Assembly: GCA_009695005.1 (NCBI GenBank)
Contig: SIBU01000002.1
Span: 7,274-71,273 of the forward strand
Length of the DNA stretch: 64,000 nucleotides
DNA from: Candidatus Tayloriibacteriota bacterium
GTDB lineage: Bacteria; Patescibacteriota; Minisyncoccia; Phycocordibacterales; SIBU01
Reading direction: 5' to 3'
Shown piece by piece: positions 18,640 to 28,461 of the stretch. A program made the position numbers and the translations under genes. The notes beneath the pieces were generated by a model. The model did not search any database and was not told the origin of the DNA. It saw only the letters and a program-made list of their open reading frames with translations. How positions within the stretch are numbered: the stretch's first letter is position 1; every line of letters starts with the position of its first letter.

Positions 18640-19564
18640 AGCGTTTGTAGTGGTTGATAATTTTTTTCAGGCCCTCAGTATAATCTATTTGCGCGTGCCA
18701 ACCAAGTTTATTTATTTTTGAGGTATTGGCTACAAAGTTGGTGATTCCCACTGCATTATGAAAGGCAGGTGGCGGTATCGGAGTTATTTTTGATTTATTG
18801 CCGGTATGTTCCAGTATGTAATTAATCATATCCTTAAATTGCACTGGTTTCCCATAGCCAATTAGATAAGTTTCGTTGACCGCTTTATTTTCTAAGAAGT
18901 GGAGAGCATCAATTACATCATCAATATAGATGTAATCTCGCTTAAAATTTCCACCATGATAGACGTTTAAATTTTCACCTCGGATAGCTCTCATTACTGC
19001 AAAATTGAGCCATGCTTTTTTCGGATCATCAAAAGTTTCACTAGCGCCGTACACGTTTGTAAATCGGGCAATGAGGTAGGGAATTTGATATAGGCGAGAG
19101 TAGAGTTTTAGAATTTCTTCGGTTGCTAATTTGGTAATTCCATATAATCCCAAAGGATCAATTTTACTCTCCTCGGTTATCGGTTTTTTTGTATTATCGT
19201 ATTCGTTGCCGTAAACTTGAATTGTTGCCGGATAAATTATTTTCGGTTTTTTTGTTAAATCTTTGCATAATTCTAAAATTCTCAACGTTCCCTTTATATT
19301 TGTATCAACGTCGACAGAAGTGTCGGTCAGGACGTGATAATTGTGTGTTGTGCTCGCACAGTGGTAAATGCAGTCAACTCCTTCGATGTCATTTTTTGTT
19401 ATGGCCGATATATCCTTTATTAAAATTTTGACATTTTTGTTTTTAATACGATTTTTATCTTTTGAAGATCTTGAAATTACGGTGATGGAACCCTTAAGTG
19501 AGTTTGCTATGGCTGATCCAATAAAACCTAAACCGCCAGTTACTAGGTATTTCTTTTTTTTCAT
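18614..19564 (-). CDS. NAD-dependent epimerase/dehydratase (extended SDR)
   Basis: YLVTGGLGFIGSAI Rossmann. YGITK (YxxxK). 26-bp overlap with the downstream E1-like gene. Confidence 0.6.
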   Translation of the reverse strand: MKKKKYLVTGGLGFIGSAIANSLKGSITVISRSSKDKNRIKNKNVKILIKDISAITKNDIEGVDCIYHCASTTHNYHVLTDTSVDVDTNIKGTLRILELCKDLTKKPKIIYPATIQVYGNEYDNTKKPITEESKIDPLGLYGITKLATEEILKLYSRLYQIPYLIARFTNVYGASETFDDPKKAWLNFAVMRAIRGENLNVYHGGNFKRDYIYIDDVIDALHFLENKAVNETYLIGYGKPVQFKDMINYILEHTGNKSKITPIPPPAFHNAVGITNFVANTSKINKLGWHAQIDYTEGLKKIINHYKRYEILRNTQ

Positions 19565-19566
19565 GA

Positions 19567-20556
19567 CTATTTATTTTTATAAAAAGACAGTGTAATCAAT
19601 AAACCTTCGTCAAAAGAAACTGCTGGTTTCCAGCCGAGCTCTACTTTTATTTTTGTACAGTCCAGTGAGTAACGAAAATCATGACCTGGGCGATCTGGTA
19701 CGTACATAATATAGGAGTTGTCGAGTTTGTGGAAAGCAAGTAATTTTTTTGTAAGTTCGAGATTGCTTAGTTCTGTGTTACCTGCAATGTTATAAACTTC
19801 ACCACTTTTCCCACTCTGAAATACCAAATCAATTGCTCTAATATTGTCCTCAACGAACAACCAGTCACGTATCTGGGCGCCCTCTCCATACAACGGAACT
19901 TTTTTGCCTCTTGAAAGATTGGTGGTAAAAAGAGGTATAAGTTTGCTTTTGTCTTGATGTGGACCGTAATTGTTGGAAGATCTGGTAATAATAATATCTA
20001 GACCAAAAGTATGGTGGTATGAATGTACAAGACGATCTGCTGCTGCTTTTGACGCACTGTAAGGATTGCGTGGCATAAGAGGGGAGTCTTCGGTAAAGAC
20101 CCCTTTTTTTGTTGCAAGTGCCCCGTATACTTCGTCGGTTGAGATAAAAAGAAATCTTTTTGTTTTGAATTCTCTCGCTAAAATAAGTAAATTGTGAGTT
20201 CCCATGACGTTTGTTTCTATAAACAGACTAGGGTTTTTTATACTTAAATCTACATGACTTTCCGCTGCGAAATGAATTATGTCAGTTGGCTGATATTTTT
20301 TAAAAATTTTACGTAAATTTGAAATGTTTCGTATGTCCGCTTTTTCAAAAATGTAATTTATTTCCTTATCAATTTTAATGTTATCGATGTTTGCCGCGTA
20401 GGTTAGGCTATCAATATTGATAAACAGTGTGTCGGGATAAGCGACTACAAATTTATTCAAATAGTGACTTCCGATGAAGCCGGCACCGCCAGTTACTACA
20501 ATTCTTTTTTTGTAGGAAGGGGGTGATTTTTTTGAATTACTTCTTTTTGTTGTCAT
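19567..20556 (-). CDS. rmlB: dTDP-glucose 4,6-dehydratase
   Basis: IVVTGGAGFIGSHY, HFAAESHVDLSI, TNVMGTHNLL, STDEVYG and YSASKAAAD are all RmlB hallmarks. ORF-track start is TTG (20601); the first ATG at 20556 gives MTTKRS... Confidence 0.7.
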   Translation of the reverse strand: MTTKRSNSKKSPPSYKKRIVVTGGAGFIGSHYLNKFVVAYPDTLFINIDSLTYAANIDNIKIDKEINYIFEKADIRNISNLRKIFKKYQPTDIIHFAAESHVDLSIKNPSLFIETNVMGTHNLLILAREFKTKRFLFISTDEVYGALATKKGVFTEDSPLMPRNPYSASKAAADRLVHSYHHTFGLDIIITRSSNNYGPHQDKSKLIPLFTTNLSRGKKVPLYGEGAQIRDWLFVEDNIRAIDLVFQSGKSGEVYNIAGNTELSNLELTKKLLAFHKLDNSYIMYVPDRPGHDFRYSLDCTKIKVELGWKPAVSFDEGLLITLSFYKNK

Positions 20557-21283
20557 TATTTTTATTGCGAATAAAATTTGCAGTTTCAAGCAAACTGTCA
20601 AACGTGCCTATATCGAACCATTCTTTTTTTAAAAAGATACCATGAAGTTTGCCATCCTTGATATATTGCTTGTTTATGTCGGTAATTTCGTACTCACCTC
20701 TCTCTGATGCTTTGAGACTTAAACATTTCTTAAAAACTGTACTGTCATACATATAAACACCGGTCACAGCGTAATTGGTCTTTGGTTTGGTTGGTTTTTC
20801 ATCAATATCTAGAATCTTGCTGTTTTGTCCAAGTGTAGCAATGCCGAATCTTTCAGGGTCCGCTACTTCTTTTAGAAACACCGTCGCTCCACTTTTGAAT
20901 TTTTTTATGTGTGGTGTTAGGTCGTCTTCAAAAATATTGTCGCCAAGATACAGCACACAGTTATCATTACCGATGTAATCTTTGGCGATCCATAAGCCGT
21001 AAGCAATGCCATTGGGCTGGTTTTGGATACCGTAGACAATTTGTATTTGCTTGCCGGTGCGTTTTGACATGAAATCAGCCCCTGAACCGAGAAGTTTAAC
21101 CATAGATTCGATTGCTTCAGGTGAAGTGACAATCATGATTCGGTCGATTCCAGCGTCTACAAGTTTTTTGACCGCGTAATAGATTACAGGCTTATCATAT
21201 AGAGCAAGTAGATGTTTGTTGGTAGAAACGGTTAAAGGACGAAGTCTGGTTCCACCACCTCCGGCGAGTATAATCCCTTTCAT
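20537..21283 (-). CDS. rmlA: Glucose-1-phosphate thymidylyltransferase-like sugar nucleotidyltransferase
   Basis: MKGIILAGGGGTRLRPLTVSTNKHLLALYDKPVIYY matches the RmlA N-terminus (MKGIILAGGSGTRLYP...IYDKPMIYY). ORF-track start is TTG (21337); the canonical ATG (MKGII) at 21283 is used. Confidence 0.6.
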   Translation of the reverse strand: MKGIILAGGGGTRLRPLTVSTNKHLLALYDKPVIYYAVKKLVDAGIDRIMIVTSPEAIESMVKLLGSGADFMSKRTGKQIQIVYGIQNQPNGIAYGLWIAKDYIGNDNCVLYLGDNIFEDDLTPHIKKFKSGATVFLKEVADPERFGIATLGQNSKILDIDEKPTKPKTNYAVTGVYMYDSTVFKKCLSLKASERGEYEITDINKQYIKDGKLHGIFLKKEWFDIGTFDSLLETANFIRNKNNDNKKK

Positions 21284-21468
21284 TTGCTTGTTATTTGACA
21301 TGAGGGTAATCATAACGACATTTGAAAACTGTGTCAAAGAAAAGGTCCTTGATTTGGGCGGTAATTATTCTCTTGTTTTAGCGGTTTAATTAAGGGCTGA
21401 AACCCTTGGTCCATTTCACCTAAACCACTCTATTTACACTCCTAAGCGGTACCGCTATAATTCGAATT

Positions 21469-22635
21469 ATGCAATTACGACAAAAAATAAAGAATATTCC
21501 AATACTCGGCGATCTGATCATGATTTTTGTTCGACTCCCGAGTTTTGTAAAGGGGTCTTTTCTTACTTGGAAATACTATTCTAAACGTCATGCTTCTGCG
21601 GATTTTTTTGGTACTTACATTATTACAGATGTTGCCCCGATTGCGACTCAATATGAGAAAATTGTTAGCCAACTTGGTGGCGACATACTAAAAAATAATC
21701 CAGAAGGTGATCATGTTGAAATAACACCGGTGAGTTTCAAAAACAGGGGACTTTTTTCAATTATGAATGAGGTGTTGGATGAAATTTCCATGAATAATGA
21801 GAAGTCATTCCAGATACTTTTACAAAATACGATGTATAACAATTCTCCGGATGAGAATATGTGGAACTATTATTTTGAACCAATAGATAATAGTGCTGAT
21901 AAACGATTCCCATATAATCTTTTCTTCAACACGAGACCATTTTTCAATAGTCTCTTTCCGCACCGACCAAAGCTTGTCTCACTGTTTAATAAAGTTTTTA
22001 AAAGTCGGATCAAAATAAAATCCGAGATACTCGAGAAAGCAGAGCTGTTTGTTCGTACCAATTTTGCAAATAAAAAAATTGTTGGCGTGTACTATCGAGG
22101 TACTAATATTATGATATCGATTGATTCGGTTTCCCAAATGTACAGAAAGGCACTCCATGAGGAATATTTTATAGAGATAGATTCATTATTGGCGAACGGA
22201 TATGACGCTGTTTTTCTTTCAACCGACGATGAGAAAATTTTTCCAAAATTTAAAGAACGCTACGGTTCAAGGTTGCTATATTACGCTGAAAATAAAAACG
22301 GTTTGAACACAATAATATTTGTGGACTATACACAAAAACCCCCAAAAATTCCGAAATGCTTTACCCCAAGAGAGTTTGGAGAGGGTGCTTTAATCAATAG
22401 CATCCTTTTAGCTAAATGTGATTTTTTCGTTTCCGGCCTTTCAAATGTTTCTGCGGTTATTAAATATTTTAATCCTAAGATTCCATTTAAAAATCTTGAT
22501 ATTAAATATACTAATAAATACATGCAAGATATTGTTAGTATCGGAATGTTTCGAGGACTGGGCAATTTCGGGGAGGGAATTCGAACTTTAAAGTTTTTGA
22601 GAGAAGAAAGTAAAAAGATAAAAAATGAAAGATAA
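21469..22635 (+). CDS. Hypothetical protein, possibly fucosyltransferase-superfamily GT-B (GT11/GT23/GT65-like motifs)
   Basis: VGVYYRGTN resembles the GT11 HIRRGD block. FFVSGLSNVSAV resembles the GT11 NSTMSWW block. No confident family match. ATG at 21469. Confidence 0.3.
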   Translation: MQLRQKIKNIPILGDLIMIFVRLPSFVKGSFLTWKYYSKRHASADFFGTYIITDVAPIATQYEKIVSQLGGDILKNNPEGDHVEITPVSFKNRGLFSIMNEVLDEISMNNEKSFQILLQNTMYNNSPDENMWNYYFEPIDNSADKRFPYNLFFNTRPFFNSLFPHRPKLVSLFNKVFKSRIKIKSEILEKAELFVRTNFANKKIVGVYYRGTNIMISIDSVSQMYRKALHEEYFIEIDSLLANGYDAVFLSTDDEKIFPKFKERYGSRLLYYAENKNGLNTIIFVDYTQKPPKIPKCFTPREFGEGALINSILLAKCDFFVSGLSNVSAVIKYFNPKIPFKNLDIKYTNKYMQDIVSIGMFRGLGNFGEGIRTLKFLREESKKIKNER

Positions 22636-23779
22636 GCTTTTTCTTGTTTTCCATGGACGTTTCCCGAGCGAGAAAGCCGCTGCATTATTTGTAGCGAAAA
22701 GTGCTGAGGCGTTTGCAGAGAAAACTTGCGAGGTTATTCTGCTTGTTCCTAGACGGTTCGGGAGGGCGTCAAAGCCTGCCCGTGAATTTTACGGATTAAA
22801 AAATAATTTTAAGATTGTTTTTTTGCCGACCATTGATTTTTTTCCGTTTCCAGTTTTGAGAAAGCTTGCTTTTTATATAAGTTATATTTCATTTTCAATC
22901 ATTACATTTATCTATTTAATTTTACGTGCCAAACGTCATGACACCATTTACTCCAACGAAGCCTTACCCGTTCTTTTGGCCTCATTTATCCTTCCGAAAA
23001 CTGTATACGAAATTCACGATTTTCCTAAAGAGAATTTTTTTTACCGAAAGATTTTTTCCAAGGTGAGTAAGTTTGTTGTTACTAATGTTTGGAAATCTGA
23101 AAAACTACAGAAGATATTTTCAGTATCACGGGACAGAATAATAGCTGAACAAAATGCGGTCTCTTTGCTTGATTTTAAAACCACATTAAGTACTCTTGAG
23201 GCAAGATCTACGCTTAAACTTTCTATTGATGCAACAATCATCACTTACGTCGGTAGTTTACGCACTATGGGTATGGAAAAGGGAATCGAGGTGGCATTAG
23301 AGGCGTTACTGTTACTCCCGGAAAAAGTTAAACTGCTCCTTGTTGGGGGAAGCCCAGAGGACGTCCTTTTTTATTCAAAGAAGGCAAAACAGCTTGAAAT
23401 TATTAATCGAGTTATTTTTACAGGTTTTGTGCCACACGAAAAGGTTCCACTTTATCTTTCCGCTTCTGATGTTTTGATTGCACCTTTTCCAAAAAACGAC
23501 CACTATGAGTTTTATATGTCTCCTATGAAAATATTTGAGTATATGGCCAGTGGCAGACCAATTGTAGCTTCGAATTTACAGTCTATTCGAGAAATTTTAT
23601 TAGGTGATTCAGCAGTCTTTGTTTTGCCCGGTAATGTTAAATCTTTGGCAGAAGGTGTCGTTGGTTTGTTGGATAATGGAGATGAAGCTTCCATTAAAAT
23701 AGCAAACGCCATGAAAGTTGTTCAGAATCATAGTTGGGAGGGGAGGGCGAAACGTATCCTTGATTTTATTTTGCACTAG
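22625..23779 (+). CDS. GT4 (GT-B) glycosyltransferase
   Basis: LLLVGGSPEDVLFY...VIFTGFVPHEKVPLYLSASDVLIAPF...KIFEYMASGRPIVASNL is the classic GT4 C-terminal domain. 11-bp overlap with the upstream gene. Confidence 0.6.
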   Translation: MKDKLFLVFHGRFPSEKAAALFVAKSAEAFAEKTCEVILLVPRRFGRASKPAREFYGLKNNFKIVFLPTIDFFPFPVLRKLAFYISYISFSIITFIYLILRAKRHDTIYSNEALPVLLASFILPKTVYEIHDFPKENFFYRKIFSKVSKFVVTNVWKSEKLQKIFSVSRDRIIAEQNAVSLLDFKTTLSTLEARSTLKLSIDATIITYVGSLRTMGMEKGIEVALEALLLLPEKVKLLLVGGSPEDVLFYSKKAKQLEIINRVIFTGFVPHEKVPLYLSASDVLIAPFPKNDHYEFYMSPMKIFEYMASGRPIVASNLQSIREILLGDSAVFVLPGNVKSLAEGVVGLLDNGDEASIKIANAMKVVQNHSWEGRAKRILDFILH

Positions 23780-24800
23780 ATAAAAAATAAAATTTAAATA
23801 TCCGTCCTATGGTTTTTAGGTCTATTTTAATCCAGCTTCGAATTATAGAATTCCAGAAAATTTTTTTTACTTTTTTACCGAGTTTCAACGAAAGTCTGCA
23901 ATAGGTGAGCCACTCTTGACTTAGAACTTTTTGCAAGGCTTTTTGGTTGTATACTTTACTGGTTTCATTGGCATTATCTATTTTCAAAAACCACTCAGAG
24001 ATTTTTAATAAATCCTCAGGACTTGAAAGTTTTCGGTACTGGCGGACGTTTTCATACAAAGCTTTTTCATCGGTAGATAGAGGTATACCAAGTTTTCCAA
24101 AAGCATCAGCACAGATACTGTCGCGTACCACTGCTTGTTTCTCAGGTGTTTTGTAACTTGCCTGGTCTTCATGAGTTCTGTAATAGAGTAGAACTTTCGG
24201 TATGTTGGCAATTTTCACCACCTTTGAAGCTCTGTACCAAAACTCGTAGTCTTCAGTGCGTTCAAGTGTTGGGTCATAACGTAGATTAAGTTCATTAAGT
24301 ATTTGTTTTCGCATCATCACCGTTGGATGGATCAGGGATGAATGAAAAAGTAGGCTTGCCCGGATTTCCTCATGGTTAAGAGGGTGGCGCATCGTTATAC
24401 CGGGATTTCTCCCGATAGTTTTGGCATAAGAACCCGCAATGGTAATTTCTTGATGTTCCTCCATAAACTTGATTTGGGTTTCAAATCTGTGAGGTAGTGA
24501 GATATCATCACTATCCATCCTGGCTATATATTCACCTTTTGAGAGGTCAATTCCATGGTTTAGGGCAGCGGGAAGATATGTCAAATTCGCATCACGTCTG
24601 ATGTGGTAGATACGAGAGTCTTTGAAATTACTGATAATTTCAAGACTTTCTGTGCTGGTGTTAGCCGAGCTTAAAATTATTAATTCAAAATTTGTATAAG
24701 TTTGTTTAAGGATGCTGTCTATTGCGTCTGTAAGAAAAGCCTCGCCGTTGTGGACTGGCATAATCACACTTATCAAGGGTAAACGTTTTGAATTAATCAT
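23766..24800 (-). CDS. GT2 glycosyltransferase
   Basis: ISVIMPVHNGEAFLTDAIDSILKQTYTNFELIIL and ARMDSDDISLPHRFE (DxD) motifs. ATG at 24800. 14-bp convergent overlap with the previous gene. Confidence 0.65.
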   Translation of the reverse strand: MINSKRLPLISVIMPVHNGEAFLTDAIDSILKQTYTNFELIILSSANTSTESLEIISNFKDSRIYHIRRDANLTYLPAALNHGIDLSKGEYIARMDSDDISLPHRFETQIKFMEEHQEITIAGSYAKTIGRNPGITMRHPLNHEEIRASLLFHSSLIHPTVMMRKQILNELNLRYDPTLERTEDYEFWYRASKVVKIANIPKVLLYYRTHEDQASYKTPEKQAVVRDSICADAFGKLGIPLSTDEKALYENVRQYRKLSSPEDLLKISEWFLKIDNANETSKVYNQKALQKVLSQEWLTYCRLSLKLGKKVKKIFWNSIIRSWIKIDLKTIGRIFKFYFLSSAK

Positions 24801-25777
24801 AAACTTGAGAAAATTATCTCAGAACCTTCGTGTGTGAAGGAAAAAGGGACCTCCCGTAATTTTGAAAGCGCCTTTCTTAATTTGGTTTGATTGGACCTTT
24901 CACAATAGAACAATAGAAAACCCCCTCCGCCAGCGCCCAGAAGTTTTCCGCCCGAAGCACCATTTTTTAAAGCTAGTTCGTAATAATTATTAATTTCGAC
25001 ATTTGAAACATTGTCAGCAATTGATTGTTTGAGCATCCAGCTGTCATGTAAAAGTTTACCGAAATTTTCTAAGTCATCAGATTCAAGTACGGTTTTCATG
25101 TGATGTGCCATTTCTACCATGTGCTCTAAGGTTGCAACAACTTCATTTGATTTTATGATATTTTCTTTTTGTTTTTCCAAAATATTGTTGGCGGATCTTG
25201 TAACTCCTGTATAAAAAAGCAATAGATTATTTTGAAGTTTCTCTAAGGTTTTTGGTTTTATTTTTACTTCTTCAACTGTGACTTTTCCGGAAGGCATAAA
25301 TTGGATGAAATTAATTCCACCAAAAGAGGCGGCGTATTGGTCTTGTTTTCCAATAGGTGATTTGAGATGCAAAATTTCTGTTCTGCAGGCTCGTTTGGCT
25401 AGTTCCTCTGGTGATATGGTTTTCTTTTGGTAAGCGGATACAAGATGATGTAACCCTACTGCAAATGAACTTGAAGACCCAAGACCAGTTTGGGCCGGTA
25501 TGTCTGCGATAACTTCTATTTCTACACCATTCACTTTGTACTCACTTAGGATACTACGGGCGATGTTGTTTTCGAGATCTTTAGGATGATCTACATCTTC
25601 GGTTTTTTTGTATTTTAGTAGGATTTTTTCCTTGTTGAAATTTGGATGTATGGCCAGATAAATGTATTTATTTATAGTTACACTTAAGACAGCCCCCTGG
25701 TGCTTGCTATAAAATTCCTGTTGATCTGAGCCGCCACCGGCGAAACTTACTCTAAATGGGGTACGGGTAATAATCAT
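24797..25777 (-). CDS. GHMP sugar kinase of the HddA/fucokinase type (COG2605)
   Basis: N-terminal IITRTPFRVSFAGGGSD (compare HddA PLRISFAGGGTD). PAQTGLGSSSSFAVGL is the GHMP ATP motif. 4-bp ATGA overlap with the downstream gene. Confidence 0.55.
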   Translation of the reverse strand: MIITRTPFRVSFAGGGSDQQEFYSKHQGAVLSVTINKYIYLAIHPNFNKEKILLKYKKTEDVDHPKDLENNIARSILSEYKVNGVEIEVIADIPAQTGLGSSSSFAVGLHHLVSAYQKKTISPEELAKRACRTEILHLKSPIGKQDQYAASFGGINFIQFMPSGKVTVEEVKIKPKTLEKLQNNLLLFYTGVTRSANNILEKQKENIIKSNEVVATLEHMVEMAHHMKTVLESDDLENFGKLLHDSWMLKQSIADNVSNVEINNYYELALKNGASGGKLLGAGGGGFLLFYCERSNQTKLRKALSKLREVPFSFTHEGSEIIFSSL

Positions 25778-25845
25778 GAGTGTAATTCTATAACTATATA
25801 AGTGAATGTCTAGTTACATACATAAAGAATATTAAGTTGTGACTT

Positions 25846-25878
25846 TAAAATAAAAAAAGACTCCTGAATGAGGAGTCT
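25846..25878 (-). terminator. Rho-independent terminator for GalT-like gene (8-bp stem agactcct/aggagtct, 5-nt loop, U-run on minus strand)
   Basis: Forward sequence is aaaataaaaaaagactcctgaatgaggagtct. On the minus strand the hairpin is followed by TTTTTTTATTTT, just downstream of the stop at 25886. Confidence 0.5.
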
Positions 25879-25885
25879 CTATGTA

Positions 25886-26764
25886 TCAACCTGGATCAAC
25901 TTGGAGTAGGTGGGCATGTGGGTGTGGCATGTTTTGACCACCAAAGGTGCCGGCGTGTATTCCAAATTGAACTGGAAGGTTGGGATATTTTCGTTCCCCG
26001 CACAAAACAAGAATCAATTCTAGAATTTCAGACAGCATCGGAAGAGGAAGGAGCTGTGTCTTTGTCTCGAGAGGGTTACTTTCCAGCCACCTTTTGTTCG
26101 GCACAATCATTTTGTGCCATGGGTGGGGGGTGCCTTGGTTATCGAAAACAATCAAATTATCTACATTAATCGGATTTAGCACTTCGCCTGAACAAAAACT
26201 GCAGGCCTGACTCGACAGATGAGTCAGATTACCCTCTCCCCAAGCACGCCTCATTTTTGTCCGTATCAGTTCCACACCGCACCTTGTGCCACCGCTCGTA
26301 ACTTGTTTTTCAAGATGAAGTTTGTGGTAGTCTGCCGTTTCTTTCACAAAGAATACTTGCCCGGCGCGAATACCACCGACGAGAGCTTTCCACCCTCCCT
26401 GTTTGTCCAGCAATAAATCACCGTCGGGTTCATCGGTGTCTGTGAGATAACGCCATGTGTCGATGTGAGGCCACGGCAAGGTGAACTTACCCATTCCGTA
26501 AGCCAGTTTGTCGAACTCGGTGAATCCCCAATGGTTTAGGATGGGTAAATAATAGGCCATCAATTTTCCGTCGGAGTTAATCGTTACCGATAGGAGAAAA
26601 GAAGGGCCGATTCCGGTGTTTGGATTCGCGAATTTTTTCTGACAAAGGTCAATCGTGTTCCATATCAGGACCACTAGATCATTAAGCATTTTCATTATCC
26701 GGGCTCCTTTTGTTGAATTTTCAGGCTGAAGACAGTTGGTTAATTTCTGCTTCAAATAATACAT
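25886..26764 (-). CDS. GalT-like HIT-superfamily sugar-1-phosphate nucleotidylyltransferase/phosphorylase (putative)
   Basis: CSFCSGE (CxxC Zn motif) and MPHPHAHLLQ (compare GalT HPHGQ). Size ~290 aa. GC-richer than flanks. Own terminator. Confidence 0.4.
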   Translation of the reverse strand: MYYLKQKLTNCLQPENSTKGARIMKMLNDLVVLIWNTIDLCQKKFANPNTGIGPSFLLSVTINSDGKLMAYYLPILNHWGFTEFDKLAYGMGKFTLPWPHIDTWRYLTDTDEPDGDLLLDKQGGWKALVGGIRAGQVFFVKETADYHKLHLEKQVTSGGTRCGVELIRTKMRRAWGEGNLTHLSSQACSFCSGEVLNPINVDNLIVFDNQGTPHPWHKMIVPNKRWLESNPLETKTQLLPLPMLSEILELILVLCGERKYPNLPVQFGIHAGTFGGQNMPHPHAHLLQVDPG

Positions 26765-26821
26765 ATTATTTTAAAAAAGTCAATACAAGTGACCAAGGAC
26801 GCTATATGTTAGTATGTGTTT

Positions 26822-27745
26822 ATGAAAATTATTGTGGTTACCGGTGGGGCTGGATTTATCGGTTCAAATACAGTTGAACTTCTTTGCGATTTGGGTTTCC
26901 ATGTGCGCGTGATTGACGATCTTTCTTTCGGTTATCGTGATTTTGTCGATCCTCGAGCGGAATTTACACAGGCGTCAATTGGAGACCGTGAAAAAGTTCT
27001 AAAAATTTTAAATGGCGCCGACGCCGTTATTCATTTTGCCGCTTCAAGCATTATCAAATTTTCAATTGAAAATCCAGCATTTTATATTCAAAATAATATT
27101 TTGAACGGCACGGTTTTACTTGAGGCCATGAGAGAAACGGGTGTGAAAAAAATTATCTTTTCTTCGTCTGCTTCGGTGTACGGGGAACCTGATCGTGTAC
27201 CAATTCAAGAGGGTGACTCTAAGCGCCCCTTGCAACCTTACGGAGCGACCAAACTTGCCTTTGAGGCCATTTTGTCTGCCTACTATAACTCCTATGGCAT
27301 CGAAAGCGTTTCATTGCGTTATTTCAACGCTTATGGCCCGCGCGACGAACAAAAACCTGCCACTCGCGCAGTTCCGATGTGGATTAAGGAAATACTTTCT
27401 GGAGAGACGGTGAAAACTTATTGGAAGGGGTCTCAAAGAAGGGATTACGTCTTTGTCAAAGATATTGCGAAGGCACATGTTGATGTACTGGATTTGAAGG
27501 GTTGTCATGTTTTTAACATCGGTTCGGGTGAAGGTGTTTTGATGAAGGATATTCTTTCAGAAATAATCTCTCTCACTGGTAAGAGTCCAACAGTAGAAGA
27601 TCAAGGTGAGCGGATGGGCGACCCTAAAATTCTTGTTGCTGATATTTCTTCAATTAAAAAGGCAGTTGGCTGGCAACCGAAGTTTAATTTACATGACGGC
27701 TTGTTAGAAACTGTCAGTTATTATAAAAAACGTTTGAATTTATGA
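26822..27745 (+). CDS. NAD-dependent sugar epimerase (GalE-like extended SDR)
   Basis: MKIIVVTGGAGFIGSN, SSSASVYGEP and YGATKLAFE (YxxxK). ORF-track GTG at 26816; ATG at 26822. Confidence 0.6.
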   Translation: MKIIVVTGGAGFIGSNTVELLCDLGFHVRVIDDLSFGYRDFVDPRAEFTQASIGDREKVLKILNGADAVIHFAASSIIKFSIENPAFYIQNNILNGTVLLEAMRETGVKKIIFSSSASVYGEPDRVPIQEGDSKRPLQPYGATKLAFEAILSAYYNSYGIESVSLRYFNAYGPRDEQKPATRAVPMWIKEILSGETVKTYWKGSQRRDYVFVKDIAKAHVDVLDLKGCHVFNIGSGEGVLMKDILSEIISLTGKSPTVEDQGERMGDPKILVADISSIKKAVGWQPKFNLHDGLLETVSYYKKRLNL

Positions 27746-28461
27746 AAGCCGTTATTTTGTGCGCCGGTTTAGGAACTCGTCTTTTGCCACTAACAAAAGA
27801 TATTCCAAAAGTTATGGTGGAGATTGGCGGTAAGCCACTTTTGCAACACCATATAGAATGGCTTGCAAAAGAGGGAATCCGGGAAATTGGTATCAATCTT
27901 TTTTATCTACCAGAGGTAGTGCCGAGTTATTTTGGTAACGGTTCAAAATTTGGAGTAAATATTCACTATTCTCATCAATCCACGCTTTCAGAAACCGCTA
28001 GTGGTTTTAAACGCTTTGAAAAATTTGCCGACGGCGAAAGATGCGTGGTTATTTATGGAGATAATATTTTTCAGCTTGATTTGAAAGATTTAGAATTGTT
28101 TCATGAAAAAAAGGGCGGTATCGCAACCATTACCTTGCGAGAATGGGAAAATCCTACAGCTAAAGGAATTGTTGAGATGGACAATAATTACCGAATTTTG
28201 AAATTTAAAGAAAAACCAAAAGCTGAAGAGGTAACCACTAATTTGGGCAACGCCGGCGTATATATATTTGAATCGAAACTGTTCGATTATATTCCGACAG
28301 ACAAGGACTATGATTTTGGTAAGGATATATTTCCAAAACTTCTTGAGGAGAATCAGAATCTTTATGGTTATCGTCTACATGGTTATCATCTAGATATCGG
28401 TACTCTCGAGATGCTGGAAAAGGCCCGTAAAGATTTCAATCAATATGAAGACCTCGTCTGA
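27742..28461 (+). CDS. Sugar-1-phosphate nucleotidylyltransferase, HddC/ManC-like (putative GDP-heptose or GDP-hexose pyrophosphorylase)
   Basis: MKAVILCAGLGTRLLPLTKDIPKVMVEIGGKPLL is the nucleotidyltransferase N-terminal motif. 239 aa. ATGA overlap with the epimerase gene. GmhB lies immediately downstream. Confidence 0.5.
   Translation: MKAVILCAGLGTRLLPLTKDIPKVMVEIGGKPLLQHHIEWLAKEGIREIGINLFYLPEVVPSYFGNGSKFGVNIHYSHQSTLSETASGFKRFEKFADGERCVVIYGDNIFQLDLKDLELFHEKKGGIATITLREWENPTAKGIVEMDNNYRILKFKEKPKAEEVTTNLGNAGVYIFESKLFDYIPTDKDYDFGKDIFPKLLEENQNLYGYRLHGYHLDIGTLEMLEKARKDFNQYEDLV

Noticed and set aside
25886-26764. Annotating the GalT-like ORF specifically as galactose-1-phosphate uridylyltransferase
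   Set aside because: The HxHxQ motif is altered (HPHAH) and the context is GDP-sugar/heptose/fucose rather than Leloir. The nucleotide specificity cannot be inferred from sequence alone.
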